DNA from: Neophaeotheca triangularis
Lineage: Eukaryota
Direction of reading: 5' to 3'
NCBI GenBank assembly: GCA_054600435.1
Contig: BAAIJX010000014.1
Span: 372,001 to 436,000 of the forward strand
Length of the DNA: 64,000 bases
Both the position numbers and the translations under genes were made by a program. Positions 14,121-26,939 of the stretch are shown piece by piece (position 1 is the first letter of the stretch; every line of letters begins with the position of its first letter). Below the pieces are notes generated by a model, which worked only from the letters and a program-made list of their open reading frames with translations, did not search any database and was not told the origin of the DNA.

Positions 14121-14791
14121 GGCGGTAAGGTATCCAAGGGATCACGGGTGTTTGGAAAGTGACTCGTCTCGTGATACTGATGACAGCTACAAGTCAGGTA
14201 GGGCTCCGTGGTAGGAAGATAGATGCGACGTCAAGGTTTCGTCCCCTACAGCGGGCGGCTGAGCGGGCACTCGCGGGGACCCTCTGCCGCTGTTTTGTGG
14301 GGTGTTCGTCCCAACACTAGCGGCGGAAGCCACTGCAGAGCTTTGATTGGACAAGCCCTGCTCCTCCCTGCATCAGCTTCCACTTCGAGCACCTTTCCAA
14401 GAATCGAGTGCGACTTATCAGATTTACTACTACTAGTAAGGCACTGGCTGTATGGGCAAGTGCTTCGGCTGGCTACATAGTACTTCCTTGTACCTGCTAC
14501 CTGCTATCTGCAACCTCCCACTGCCCACACCGCTCTTACCTACCTAGGTACAGGTCGGGTAGTGTTGGAGAGTCTCACCTCTTCATCCTTCGTTTCTCCT
14601 CCTCCTTTCTGTACCTGTACCCGTACCTATACCGTATCCCTTCACTCTACTTTCCGGCCGCCGACGTTCCTTCCAATCCAGGTGTACGTGCGCCTCCCTC
14701 CCTCCTACCTAGGTACCCGGACCTTACCATTCAAACGACAATGGGTGTAATCGTCTGAAGACCCCGCCTTGCGGTACTCCGTGACGCCAGA

Positions 14792-17700
14792 ATGGCTTCG
14801 CCAACGGCACGCACTCGCTTCGTCCGGGACGATGGGTCGCACTGGGCGTACCGCAGCCTGCCACGAGGCCGCGGTGAGGAAGGGGCAGGACATGGGTCAC
14901 CACAGGCAAGTCTACCTTTTCTTCTCTACCGTGTTTGTCGAGCTTCTCAATGATGAGATTCTATGGTAAAAGGTCCAACTGCAACGACTCTGGTCTGGTA
15001 CCCATGGATGGTTTTGGCTGGCCCTTTCTGGCTGGCACTTAACCTCCTTTGGGGCAGGTTGACGATTCAAATTTAAAACTGAAAAGATCTGATTGTATCG
15101 CTAGAAACTTCGCGACGAGACTGGAGATCAAGCTTGGCTTTACACTGACATGTCTTGTAGGCGTTGCGCACTAGGAGCCCAAACGAAGAACGTCGTCAGC
15201 GTCTCCCACATAACCATTCTTCAAGCGCTGTGAATCGGAGTGTGGATGCCTCGTTTGCAGACGGCTTTGAGAGCCACGACAGACGGCCTCTATCCCGACT
15301 CCCCCAGCGAAACCTCGGCCGGGGTTACGATGCACGCCAATCAGATAACTACCAACACGAGCAGGATTCACGAGACGTGCGCCCCTTCGAGCGCTTCCGC
15401 CATCGCGAACCTGGACCGCCCTTCAGTCCAGTCTACACCACAGAGGAGCCTCCTCGTTCGCCTCTTTCGACTCGTGTTCGGCGAGACTACCAAGAGCGGT
15501 ATCCTTACACGGAGGATGACAGACCTACGAGCAGCCGCCTCAATCAAACCCTACCATTTGGTAGACCGAAATCCGCTCGCTCGATATCGCCTCCTGCACG
15601 CCGAATTCTCGACCCTGACAGGTCACGATGTTCGACTCTGGTCTCCAGGAAAAGCATTCCAACCTCGACGAACGACGACCGCACTCACCATCCTGACGCA
15701 GTTCCTTTCGAGAGCAGGATCAGCTTTAATGGTCTGACCGACGTACCGACAGGACCTAGGAAGTCTATTGCAGGTGATTGGTCCGTTCATGAACATCGTT
15801 TTCCGCACATATTCATTCCAGTGGAAAGCCTGCCAATGGTTGAAAACAAAAACACGCCTCGTCACCTCAAGGGATTTCTGGGAGACTTTCGGCCCGCAGA
15901 GATTGCGGCGACCAGTGTTGGCTTTTACCTTCACTATAATGACACCTCAGATGGGAGATCAACGGCTAGGGGCTGCTACCAACGCAACAACGGGCGGGTC
16001 ATGTTCGGAGAGTACATCATTCGCATGACTTTACGCATTGACCCAATCAACGCAAACGTGACATCTAAGGCAAACGGAATTGGACAAGATGAAGATCGAG
16101 CAAAAAGTGTCCGTATCGCTCGCTTTTCAACGGAAAGCGGCCCTATGCTCGACAAGGAGAAGCCTGGGCTCGAGTCTGTGCATTCTTCTCGACAACCTGT
16201 GATAGCCGATGCCGCGATAGTAGAGACTGCTCACCGACCAACTCTAGCAGCTGACACGGAAGAGGTTTCCGTTCCGGCGTCGTCGGTCAGTGGCCTATCT
16301 AGCAGCTTTTCGTCTTGGAAAGTATGTCATATGTGCAAAGGTGCGTCAACTCTGGATTTGGATCCACTCGTGCGCTGTAGCACTTGCAAGCGTCAGTATC
16401 ACCGTCATTGCCATAATCGGCCGGCTATACCACAAGGTCTTCCGAACATCCACGATTGGCAGTGCCAAAGATGCATCACCAAAGCGATTCCGCCATTAGA
16501 CCTGGGTCACGCCCTAACGACTACTAAGACCAAAAGTCCTATGCGCGAAGAAAGAGATGGAACGACTGCAGCCGATGCCACAGAACCTGCTGAGATCGTT
16601 GGAACAGGCGTAGCAACGCAGGTCGCAAGCGCGCCCCGAACTGGGGCGTCAGCCCCATTCATCTCGAAACCAGACAATCTTGAGGTTCAGGCAGCCTCTC
16701 TTCCTAAACACTCGAGTGACAGCCTCAACGGGCTGGTGGATCAATCTTTCGAAGCAATCACCCAGGCGCCAGAGAAGTCGAAAGTGACAAAAGATCCTAG
16801 GCTCAGTTTATACAGCAGGGTGAGGAAGAAGGAGACTGTCAACGGAAAAGGAGATGGCGGCTGTAAGACTGGCACACCGACATTGGCCACCCAGGGTTCG
16901 TACCCAGATGGCAGTGGAAACATCGAGCCTTGGAAGGAGCTGCCGATGCATGCCAGGGATGGCCCTCAAGGGTCTGTCACATCGGAAGCCTTCGGGGTAG
17001 ACACTAATACCTCCGCCGCAAATGTCTCTGCACCAGGGCAAACGCCGCAAGCTAAGCCAAAAGTGGCAGCCAAGAAGAGCAACGCACCTGCCGTCGTATT
17101 GTGTAGCGGCTGTAAAGTTCGGAAGGTCTTTCGTGGCCCATCCGGCAGCAATACGCTGTGTGCAGAGTGCAAAAAGGGTCAGCAAGCGGAATCTGCTACA
17201 ACGGCAGCCGGAGGTCGGCCACCAGTGTCCGCTACAGCAGAGATCAATACTGCCAGCGAATCCTCGGCGCCGGTGTCACGGTCTACAAAGGCCGCTTTCA
17301 CTGGGGTCACTACCGAGGAGTTCGCCGACAATACAGGAGCTGGGGGACAATCAAATGCAACAGTAATTCCTGGGGGTCGCAGCAACTCTGATACCAACCA
17401 ACAGGAGCCGATATCTGGGGCACGAAAGCTGCAGCCGGCCACAAAACTAAGAAGTGAGGGGGCGGCGCCTCGTGACACTATCGCAAATACCGCAGGTCCG
17501 GGGCCAGACGAACCCGCTGTCGCCACGAGACCAGCCATGACGACGAGACTTAATGATGTACCGGGCAACGGCGCCTACAAAGCAGAGCCTTCGACACTGC
17601 CTGATGCAAACCATATCGATCTTCCAATACCGCCAAAACCTATGTCGCCTCCTGTAGCAGTCATGCGACGCGACAGTGACAGTGCGAGCCAAGCCAATCG

Positions 17701-19507
17701 TGTGAGTATAATTCACAGACTGAACCCCACGAGCCTGATAGTAGTCATACGTCTAACCAGCTTGCAGACTGCGCCCACCGACAAGTTCTCAAAGACGGCA
17801 CCAGGACTTGCTTCAGAGAAAGCGTCCAAGGAACGCGATGAGACATCTTCCTCGCGCAACCTGGGCCGCTCCCCGCAGAATGAAACTCCTACTGCTGCAG
17901 CCGAGAAGTGGGACGCTCAGGCAACACGACCTAGGAAAAAAGGCATGGCAACGCCGGTCAAAAAGAGCGGTGCGATACCACCGGATCGCAAAGCAAAAAA
18001 ATCTTGCTCGCATTGTACGCGGCAGTCCAAGCCCTGTTCACACAGCTTGAAACTTACTCGAAAATCAGTCAGCTTTTCAGGCAAGTCCCGATCTAGCTTG
18101 TTAGAAGACGCCATTGCCGAAGCATCGCCTCATCACGACGAAGCGGCGATGCAGGAAGAGTCGGTCACCGAGGTTGCGCAAGCCGTGCAAAAGTCCGAGC
18201 CCATGCCGTCCGAGACAGCAAATGCAGACGACACGGTCGCAGATGACACTACGCCTACAACTAAGGCTCCTGCTCCTGCTCCCGCCCGTGTTCAGCCGCA
18301 CCCCGACAATCCAGTGAGTTTCTCTCAGCTCAGTGGTGCAGATTTGGATCTTGGTAATTCAGTCACTCGTGCACATGGTGTCTGGGGGATTTTGGTAGGC
18401 ATGGCTCTTCAACAAGCCCCGGGACATCAACTACAAGTTGTTAGTATCATCGACTGGATCTACGACAACATCCCTGGCTACGGAGCCGATAAGCACAAAT
18501 GGCGAGCTACTGTCGCGTCTACCCTTCCGTCTTATCGAGAGGGTACTAAATATGCCAAGTGGCGGAAGGTTTCAGCCTTGGACGCGCCGCCGGCAGAACA
18601 CGGCATAGGTGCTTGGTGGAAGCTGCTCCCAGGTGCCGAGGACACGCTACACATATGGGACAAGTACAATCAGCAGGCTGTATTACCTGAGGTCCTCAAA
18701 GCGCGTACTACAGTTCTGAAGGTTGGACGTGGAAAGAGAAAGCTTGGTACCAGCGAGACGACACCTCACTTTGACGGCCAACCCACAAAACGCCTTCGAC
18801 CGAATGAACATGCTTCTGAGTTTGTTGGGTTCACAGATCGATCGAACACTACACAGCAGGAGCCCACGGCCGAAGTAACGTCTGACGATGAGCCCCTGCT
18901 TTCCAAATCGCGCCACAACACGATCGAGCCCCCTGCGACAGTACGCGAGCAAATCGGCACCGGTGCCTTCGCATCGCCCCAGCGTGAAGCAGGCTTCCGT
19001 ATCCCCGGTCCTGGCTCGATAGCACAGACAGCCCGAGCCCCTGTCCTCCGCGTTATCCCTCAAGAGGTGTCACTCGAAGAGCGCATCCGCCGCGACGCCG
19101 AAGCGATAGCGTACACCGAAAAGTCGCTCTTTGCCGCCTATCCCGACTACTGTAGCACTAACCGAAAGGAGAAGCGCGCGGAGATCGGCCGTCGCCCTAA
19201 TCGCAAAGCCCTCGTTGGAAAGCCTGCCAGCGCTTCCCGTTTGAGTCAGTCGTGCACTGCGCAGCCACCACTAACGTCTACTAGCCGGAGGGTGTCGTCC
19301 AGGCCTGCGCTCGACCATGCCTCTGACTATTATCCCTGGGAGGATGAAGGTTCGCGACGCATAGACTTCCATGACGTCGATGAGTTTCTAGATTTACCCA
19401 AGGCTGCGCTGCCGGTCTGGGTCAATGGACAGCTCGCTTATCGTGAGGGATTGAGAACGGCGGATGGAAGGTTGCCAAGGGCGAAGGTACTTTACAAACC
19501 GGATTGA
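14792..19507 (+). CDS. Large nuclear protein with Set1-type RRM-like, PHD-finger and forkhead-like domains (exon 1 14792-14905, GC-AG intron, exon 2 from 15161; probable in-frame 66-nt intron 17702-17767)
   Basis: 1447-codon open frame; C4HC3 PHD CHMC..CSTC..YHRHC..WQCQRC; forkhead-like LVGMALQQAPGHQLQVVSIIDWIYDNIPGY; acceptor CTGAC..TAG at 15160 is in phase with donor CAG|GCAAGT at 14906. Confidence 0.85.
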
Positions 19508-19749
19508 AATTGCTGCCTGCGTTGCTTGGGTCGCAAAAGAGATGGATGGGAGGGATGGAGGGTCTGGACGTCCCTGTTAAAAGGCCACGGCACGACAAAG
19601 CTGAAACAGTGTTGCGATGACAGCAGCAGCACAAATGCATTCGTTCTCAAATCATCGTCGTAGGTAATAGATAGCTTAATTGTACCATAGTCGATACCCC
19701 CCACCAAAGCAATGCAACTACAATGGATCAATCATCCTACTGCCATCAC

Positions 19750-20676
19750 TCACTTCCTGAGCTCCAACCGGCCGCCCATTCCTCCCGACACCCTCCCCCT
19801 CATATCCTTGTTCTCCCTCTCCAGCACCGCGATCTTCTCCTTCAGACACCGCGTCTCCTCCTCTTCCCCATTACTCAACTCCTCAATCATCTCAAACACC
19901 CGCCACAATCTCAGCACCACGACCAACGACCCTACGTCGGCCAGAACGCCCTTGAGAACGACATCGATGATAAACTCCGAGACGACGACCAGCGCGTCGA
20001 AACAGGCAAAGGGCGAGTGAAAGTACCTGTGCACATGAAACCATCATCAGCACCAGCACCAGCACCAGCGCCCGCCAAACCACCAGCGCAAATGACGCCC
20101 AACTCCGAAACCCAACCCAACCCAACATCCCTTCCCCTTCAAATGATCGCATACCCCCATCCCAATTCACAAACAACATCCCCCTTCCAAAAAAAGAAAA
20201 AAAAAAGAAGAAAAAAAAACTCACTCCCCCCCAAAAGCCCAAACCCCCAACCCAACCTCGAGCAAAAAGACACAAGTAAAAACCTGACTGGCATCGTCCA
20301 AGACGCGCCGCGCCCGCCGGCCAAACAGTACCGGCACCCTCGTCTCGCAGGTCGCGAGCTCCAAGGCGAAAGCCGCGAACAGCACGCCCACGTCGAGCAC
20401 CACCAGCAGTAGCGTCGTGTAGTGTGCGGTTTTGGAGGAGAGGTGGTGGCGGAGCTGGAGTCGGGGTCCGGGGTTTGCCGTCGGAGTGGTGGGGGCGGTG
20501 GGGACTGTCCGGGGGTTGGGGGTTGAGTGGTGGAGGATTCGGCGGGGGTTGTGGAGGAAGTGGGTTTTTTGGTGGTGGTGGTGGGGGAGGGTGGTTGTTG
20601 TTGTTGTTGTTGTTGTTGTTGTTGGTAGGAGGGGGTCGGTTTCGGCTGATGGGGTGGGTAGGTGCGTTGTTGACAT
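19750..20676 (-). CDS. Voltage-gated proton channel Hv1 homolog (exons 20676-20225, 20026-19750; 242 aa)
   Basis: Four TM segments: S1 LVVLDVG, S2 FTCVFLLEV, S3 FDALVVV..FIIDV, S4 VVLRLWRVF; C-terminal coiled coil; no pore domain; phase-2 intron GTGAGT..CAG joins in frame. Confidence 0.88.
20591..20623. repeat. (GTT)n microsatellite encoding poly-Thr in the Hv1 N-terminus
   Basis: About 10 GTT units read directly. Confidence 0.9.
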
Positions 20677-22000
20677 TGTTGGGTAGGGATGTTGGTGAGA
20701 CTGAGGGATTGAGGGTCTGGTTGGACGTTGGCGAGAGTGGTGTAGGTACTGGTGTCGGATAGGTGATACGGGCAATGGTTGGTTTGGGATGCGAGAAGCT
20801 GCTCGTTGTTGCTATGACTGAGGTTGGTATCTCTTGCTGCCGCTGTGGCAAAGGCAGCTGCTCCTGGAATCCAGTCGATGCTGCCTCGCTAGATGTAACG
20901 GACGCTTCCATACTGTTGCCGCACGGTACGCTTCGTAACAAAAGATAACGTACCGATCAAAACGACTCAATAACGGAAGAATTCCAACCTACCTCCTTCG
21001 TGGGATCTTGAGACCAAGGGGACGAGCAACTGAAATGGAGCCGCATACGACTACATAGCTTTCTCCTCTATCAACCCCACAGGTAGTGCTTAGTGCGCAT
21101 TACACAGAGAAGCAGCTCTCGCTTGTTTGCATGTGCGATCCAAATCAGCGAGGGCAGCAAAGACAGACTGCTATTTTCTCTCGCATGCCAGCCACAGCAT
21201 ATAGCGATAGCTGGCGCTCGTTCCAGAGCGACGGAAGGATGAGCAATCTAGAAACTCCACGCAGAGGGCACAACAACGTTGCTGAAATCCAGAGTGACTT
21301 GCACGTCCGAAGCATTTGGCGGCGTTGGTAAGAGAGAGAGGGACGCAAGCGGTACCGGTGATCCAACATTCGGGAGTACCACTTCTCTCTCCTGTACGCC
21401 ATTGACATTTTGTGTGTGGTCTTGAGCGGATCCAGACGAGTGCTTTCAAACGAACACCGCCGCTCGTGGGATCGTCATGAGAACGGAAATGTCGTGTTCG
21501 TAAAGGAGCAACGGTCGATCCGACAGCATTCAGCGATGTCTAGCTTCTTCGACATACCCGTGATGGTGAAGGGTCACGAGGCCCAAAGCGCCGGACTCGG
21601 ACGATAGCTAGCTATGGCTCGAATGGAGTTTTTCGTGTACGTATAGCACGCTCCGAGAGCTGTCAGTGAGTGTTGCCCGGGTCGTTGCTGCGAAGACGAC
21701 GTTGTCCAAGCCTCTCTGAACTTCCACGCCAGCTCGATCGAAGCTAGCGCCTCGCTTCAGCTAGCCGAGAGAGTTTCGATCTCCCTTGACAACCAGCAAC
21801 GAACCGCTCTTTTTCTGTATCGTGGAGACGGGCACCTATAGTAACTTATCACACTGCAGGGAAAAACTCTCATGAGTAATCACATCGACTACACCCAACT
21901 TGGGGTGGTATAGGTACTTGCACGCATGCGACGGAACGTCGTCGGCTGGACGACTCGGTAGGATCTGGTCTGCAGCTACCCCAGCTCTCCCCAGCACAGA

Positions 22001-22060
22001 TTCAGCAGAATCAGAATCAGAAGCATAAGCAGAAGCAGAAGCAAAAGCAAAAGCAGAAGC
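22001..22060. repeat. Degenerate hexamer tandem repeat (AGAATC/AGAAGC/AAAAGC)
   Basis: cagaatcagaatcagaagcataagcagaagcagaagcaaaagcaaaagcagaagc. Confidence 0.8.
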
Positions 22061-22767
22061 GTGCTGGCGTGCTGTTGTGTTTGTATTGCCTACTCGCCCG
22101 CATGTGGCACTGCCACCATACAAAAAGCACCTGGGCATTATTATTATTATTATTCGAATTGCACCTCAGCCTCAATAATAGTCGATAGTTGATACTAATA
22201 ATAGCCATCGGGACATCAGGCACATTAGGTAAGGAGGTAGGTACCCTAACATAAGTACCAAATACCTCTCGCACCAGGAGCTTTCCCCAGATTATTGTTG
22301 ATCCGGGCGCGGCTCTCACCTTTATTATTATTATTATTATTACTACTACCTTAGCGTCGCATGCTTGTTTACATCCAGAACGCCAGCTGCAGCTGCAGCG
22401 AACGCCTCCTTGCCGCCATCATAGCGCGATCATAGCGCGACTTTTAAAATTAAGCCCCATACCAATCAGCCGCCGCCAGGCCCCATAAGAGCAGGCAAAG
22501 GCTCCGCGGCCCTTGCCCGCCCTTCGAGTCCCCTCCCTGCCTTTGCCGTTCCCACGACGACTTTCCTCGAAGCTTCTTTGAACTGCTGTTATATCTCCAC
22601 CCCGCCGCTCGCCAGTGCCGTTTCGATCAATTCCCAACTCTCAATCGCATTATTTCAATCATAATCTCTATCCGAGCAACACTCCAAGCCTTGCTTGTAA
22701 TAAACGCGCCCTCCACAACATAACCTTGCTATCCAAAAACCAAGAGGCATCCCTCCCCCCGCAAACC

Positions 22768-23502
22768 ATGCACGCAACCACGCTCCTCACCCTGGCAATC
22801 GCCAGCCTCGCAGTCGCGCAAACCGGCGAATCCGGCTGCGTGCAAGCCCTCGACAAGTACGTCCGACCCGCGACAGCAAACCCCCCAACCCGCACCGCAC
22901 CGCAAAAAAAAAACTAACATCGCCCGTCCCGCTGCCCAGCATCGTAAACACGTGCCTGGCAGGCGAACAGTCCAAAGTCAACAACTGCGAGCCCAACGAC
23001 TGGGACTGCATGTGCGAGAACCAAGAGCTGGTGGTGCGCTGCTACAACGACTGCCCCTCGGACCCGCGCAGGTCGGCCGAGGAGAGCAAGCAGGTTCAGT
23101 ATTGCGATGCCGCTGAGCAGTGAGTTTCTACCTCCGACCCTCCCTCCTCCTCACCACTCAGTCCCTTTTTTCATTTCATAGCAGTGTTGTTGTTGTTGTT
23201 GTAGTGAGCCGTCTGTGGTGGTCGCTGACGTGCATGGGATGGGATTTAGGTACGGCGCTTCGGCTTTGGCTTCGCAGTCCGCGGCCGCGGGTAATAGCAC
23301 TGGTGGGAGCTCTGCGCAAGCGACTTCTGCGACGGTGACGGAGACGCGGCAGACGACGGCCATGGTGACAGGTATGACTGGTACGGCTTCGGCGGCCGCG
23401 GCTTCGGAGACTGAGGCTGAGGCGAGCGAGGGCGGGGCTGCTGCGCTGAAGCCCGTGGGCGTTTTGGCTGCCGTCTTTGGCATTGCTGCTGCTGCTTTGT
23501 AA
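22768..23502 (+). CDS. GPI-anchored Ser/Thr-rich cell-surface protein with 8-Cys (CFEM-like) domain (exons 22768-22856, 22940-23119, 23250-23502; 173 aa)
   Basis: Signal peptide, 8 Cys including CEPNDWDCMC and CYNDCPSDP, S/T/A-rich stalk, hydrophobic C-terminus GAAALKPVGVLAAVFGIAAAAL; introns join in frame. Confidence 0.88.
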
Positions 23503-24529
23503 GGAGGTCAAAGGGTGGTTTTGTTCTTGGGATGTTAGGTGTTTGGGTTTTATTCAAAGAGGAGGAAATACCATTGGGATTGGGACGAGGGGAGTTTTAG
23601 TAAGGGATGTACACAGCGGATGATTTGGTTTCGCGCGAGACCACCAGATTGTTTAGCAACGAAGCAATGGAAACTTCCCAAAAGGGTCTCACTCAGACAG
23701 ACACCTGACTCGCTCGACATCTTCCAACCCTTTAGACGTTGCGGCCTGAGTGGCTCGTTGTCGCATGTCCCCAGCCCTGTCAGCTTTTGCTGAATGTCCA
23801 AGGTTCGAATAGAGCCTCCTGCAGTTCTCGCAGTGGCTTTGAGCTCAGCGTAGGCGCTTCACAGCTCAACGTTGCATGCTCTCAACGTTGCATGCTGGTT
23901 TCCGCCCTCTTGACGCCATCACCCTCCTACCCCATGGCTTTTCGGCATGCCAGTTTCCGCGTGGCGGAGCGACGTGCGATAGTCTTCGATCGCTTCGTGG
24001 TTCCGCGTCGAGGCCCCTTGTGACTTGCTGCTAGCCGATTGCTCATCCTGGCTCGGAGGGTTCGATCGCTCGTGGTCGTGCTTCCCTATCTAGAAGGTCA
24101 ATTGGAGGTCATGAAAGACGACAGACGTATATCGAGGAACTAAGGAAAGGGTCAGAGACACCATACCAGGCGCGGAACATACAAGGGAGGCGGTCACGGC
24201 CGCCATCATCGGCGTGATCATGGTGTCACCTCTTGCATGGACTACCTCTTGGTCAATTGCACATATCTCTTGACTCTTACTTTGGGCATTGAAAGGCTCT
24301 TGCTCCCTCGTGATTCATTTTGTGGCTTCTTTCTCAAGTTGCCCCTGTGATCTGGAGATCTTGCATTTTTTGTTGTATTGATCCTCACTTTTTGACTCTT
24401 TTGATCCAACCCATTTCCTTTTCGCGCGCAGCCAACGCCAGTTCACCTGCTTCTCGGCGCTCGGTGGGTTGTGGAGCCGGATGGGAGTGTTAGCTTATAC
24501 GTCAAAGTCGTTGGGATAACACGTTAGGC

Positions 24530-25297
24530 TCAGTAGGGGTTGTAGCCACGAGCGCGTCCACGGTAGCCGCCGCGGTACCTGGGAAATTAAAAAGTCAGTA
24601 AAGCTGTAAAATACTCGTGCATCATTGTAGTACGTACCCGCCACCACGGGGCATGTAGCCACCAGGAGGGCCACCGTAGCCGCCACGCCCGCCGTACGGA
24701 GGAGCGCCGTAGCCACCGCCAAAGCCACCACGTCCACCACGAGGAGGCCCCCCGCGACCGCCACCGCGGCCACCACGGTTCATGCCGGGGAGGTTGGTGC
24801 GCTTGGGGACAACCTAGGCGCATGGAGTCAGTATGTGCAATCTAGCAATATTGAACGTCTCATCGCGTTCTTACCTTGATGCTGCGCCCGCGGAAGACAC
24901 TGTCGTTCAGCACAAGCGCCTGCGTAACGAGATTTGGCTCGGAGAACTCGACGTAGGCGTAGCCCTTGGGGTGTCCGGTGAACTTATCGAGCAGGATAGT
25001 GACACGGTTGATGCTGCCACAGCTCTGGAAGTGGCCTTGGATCTCCTCGGGGCTGGCGCCGTAGTCGACGTTGCCGACAAAGATGCTGCGCGCATCAATG
25101 TCTTCCTTGTTCTCACGCAGGCCCTCGTTCTGAGAGTCCAGAGTCTGCTGCATCTCGCGCAGCTTGGCTGCCTCCTCCTCCATCTCCTGCACGCGCTTCT
25201 TCATCGCGGCAATCTCCTCTTCGTCTGCGCTGTTCTCGGCCTCATCCTCCTGGCGGTCGAGAGTCTCGTCGTTGGTGGGGCGCTCGGTGTCGGACAT
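24530..25297 (-). CDS. pab2: Nuclear poly(A)-binding protein 2 (PABPN1/Pab2), three exons
   Basis: Coiled coil [37 protein letters not shown] and [21 protein letters not shown]-rich tail ending RGYNPY. Confidence 0.95.
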
Positions 25298-26939
25298 GAT
25301 GTTGGGTGCGGCGGGGGAGGAACTGGTCACGTCGATGTACATTAGTTCTTATTTCTCTCCTCTGCTGCGAGCGAGGAGCAGACTTACAGGTAGTTGTGTT
25401 GTGGTAAATAAGGTCGTTGAAGATGTCGTGGAGTTGTGTGAACCAAGTGAGGTTGTGTTGCACGTGAAGGTTAATGGTGGTTGGTTGTCGCAAGCTTCGC
25501 GGTCGATTAATTCAGAGCTCGAGGGTTCGCGGCCGCGCGCTGCCAAAGACGCGCTACCTTACTTTTTGTTGCACTAGTCCGAGTGGGGTTACTCCGCCTC
25601 GTTGTGAATATATGCCAAGAGAAGGACTTCACTCGTCTCAAAGGAAGCAGACCACGACTATGGTCTCCCGTATTTGAACTTACAGTTTCCAAGCAATCGA
25701 CACTCTCCCCTCGCTGAAATTTCGTATCACCTGGGAGTCAATCGCTGTATCTGATTTGCTAGTGAGGTGGTTTACCCAAGCCCTTCTCCAATATATTTCC
25801 TTCTCCCGGCCACACAATCAAAACGCATACAGCTTGCTCCATTAGAACGACCAGAACATAGGAACAACTCCAGGAGTATTCAGTTGGTGTCCAGTGCCCA
25901 GCTTCAGTCCGAGCATTATGTCGTATTGTAGAAAGATTCCAAATTTTTCCGAAGCTCGCGCTCCCGGTCATGCCTTTACATCCGAGAGAATTGGCAAGGG
26001 CAATGAAACGCCAGAGCAAGACGCTTTGCGAGTAACAAGTCACGAAAGCGAGCTATAGAAGGTCAAGGCCCTCGATGGGCCGGGAAGCGTATGAGCTTGC
26101 ACCTAGCTCACGGTCATTCCGTCCCCGGTGGCCCATTTCCATCTAGCTACCGTTACCAGGGGCTCTGACCACTGTACTTCGATGAATCTTCACCTCGCAA
26201 GATAGCATTGAGGGGGCTTTGCAACCGCAGAGGTGACCGCCTCGAAACCGTCAACATCGCCCACGGACTCAAGGACTCGGGCGAACCAGCACCCTCCACC
26301 TCACGTTACTGCTTGCTTCATGGCGGCAGCACCGAATATCGCACTCGATGCATGCTGTATAATTGTTCAGCAAATGCCTATGGCCGCGATGCGAATCCAG
26401 CATCCACATTCAGTTCAATAGCCACATACGCCAGCCAGAGCTGCGTATTGGACGCCATGTCCTATAACCCTATTGCCAATTAGCCAGACATGGCCGGCCA
26501 CAGTACAAGCGGAATCTATACAAGGTGAGAAAAAATCCGAGAGGATTGTACTACTACACTCTATCTCGGATCATCATTCTTCTAGGCTTTTGTGGAAACG
26601 ACGTGTCATGCTTCGGACTGGTGTGTCCGTCGGTTGCATTGTCATCACTCATGCTTAGGGCTGATCACGCCACATACAGCACCACTGCACCTTCAGAAAT
26701 CTCCACCCAACCCAGCTCCGACTCAATCGTTATATATGTCACGTCTGTATGCACACAATGTTTTGGTCAAAGTACCTGGTCCATTTCATAATTAGTGCTT
26801 AAACCGTGGGCAACTTTCTGGTCAGCAACGTGACGAGAACAACGGATGGGAGCAATGATAACAAAAGCAACATAAACGGAACGACTCCCGATTCCTTCAT
26901 TGACCCACGTTATTAGATACAGAACTCGATGCAACACAC

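Noticed and set aside
19892..20941. 349-aa Pro/Asn-rich ORF overlapping Hv1
   Set aside because: Alternative frame through microsatellite, intron and UTR sequence; the Hv1 frame explains the locus
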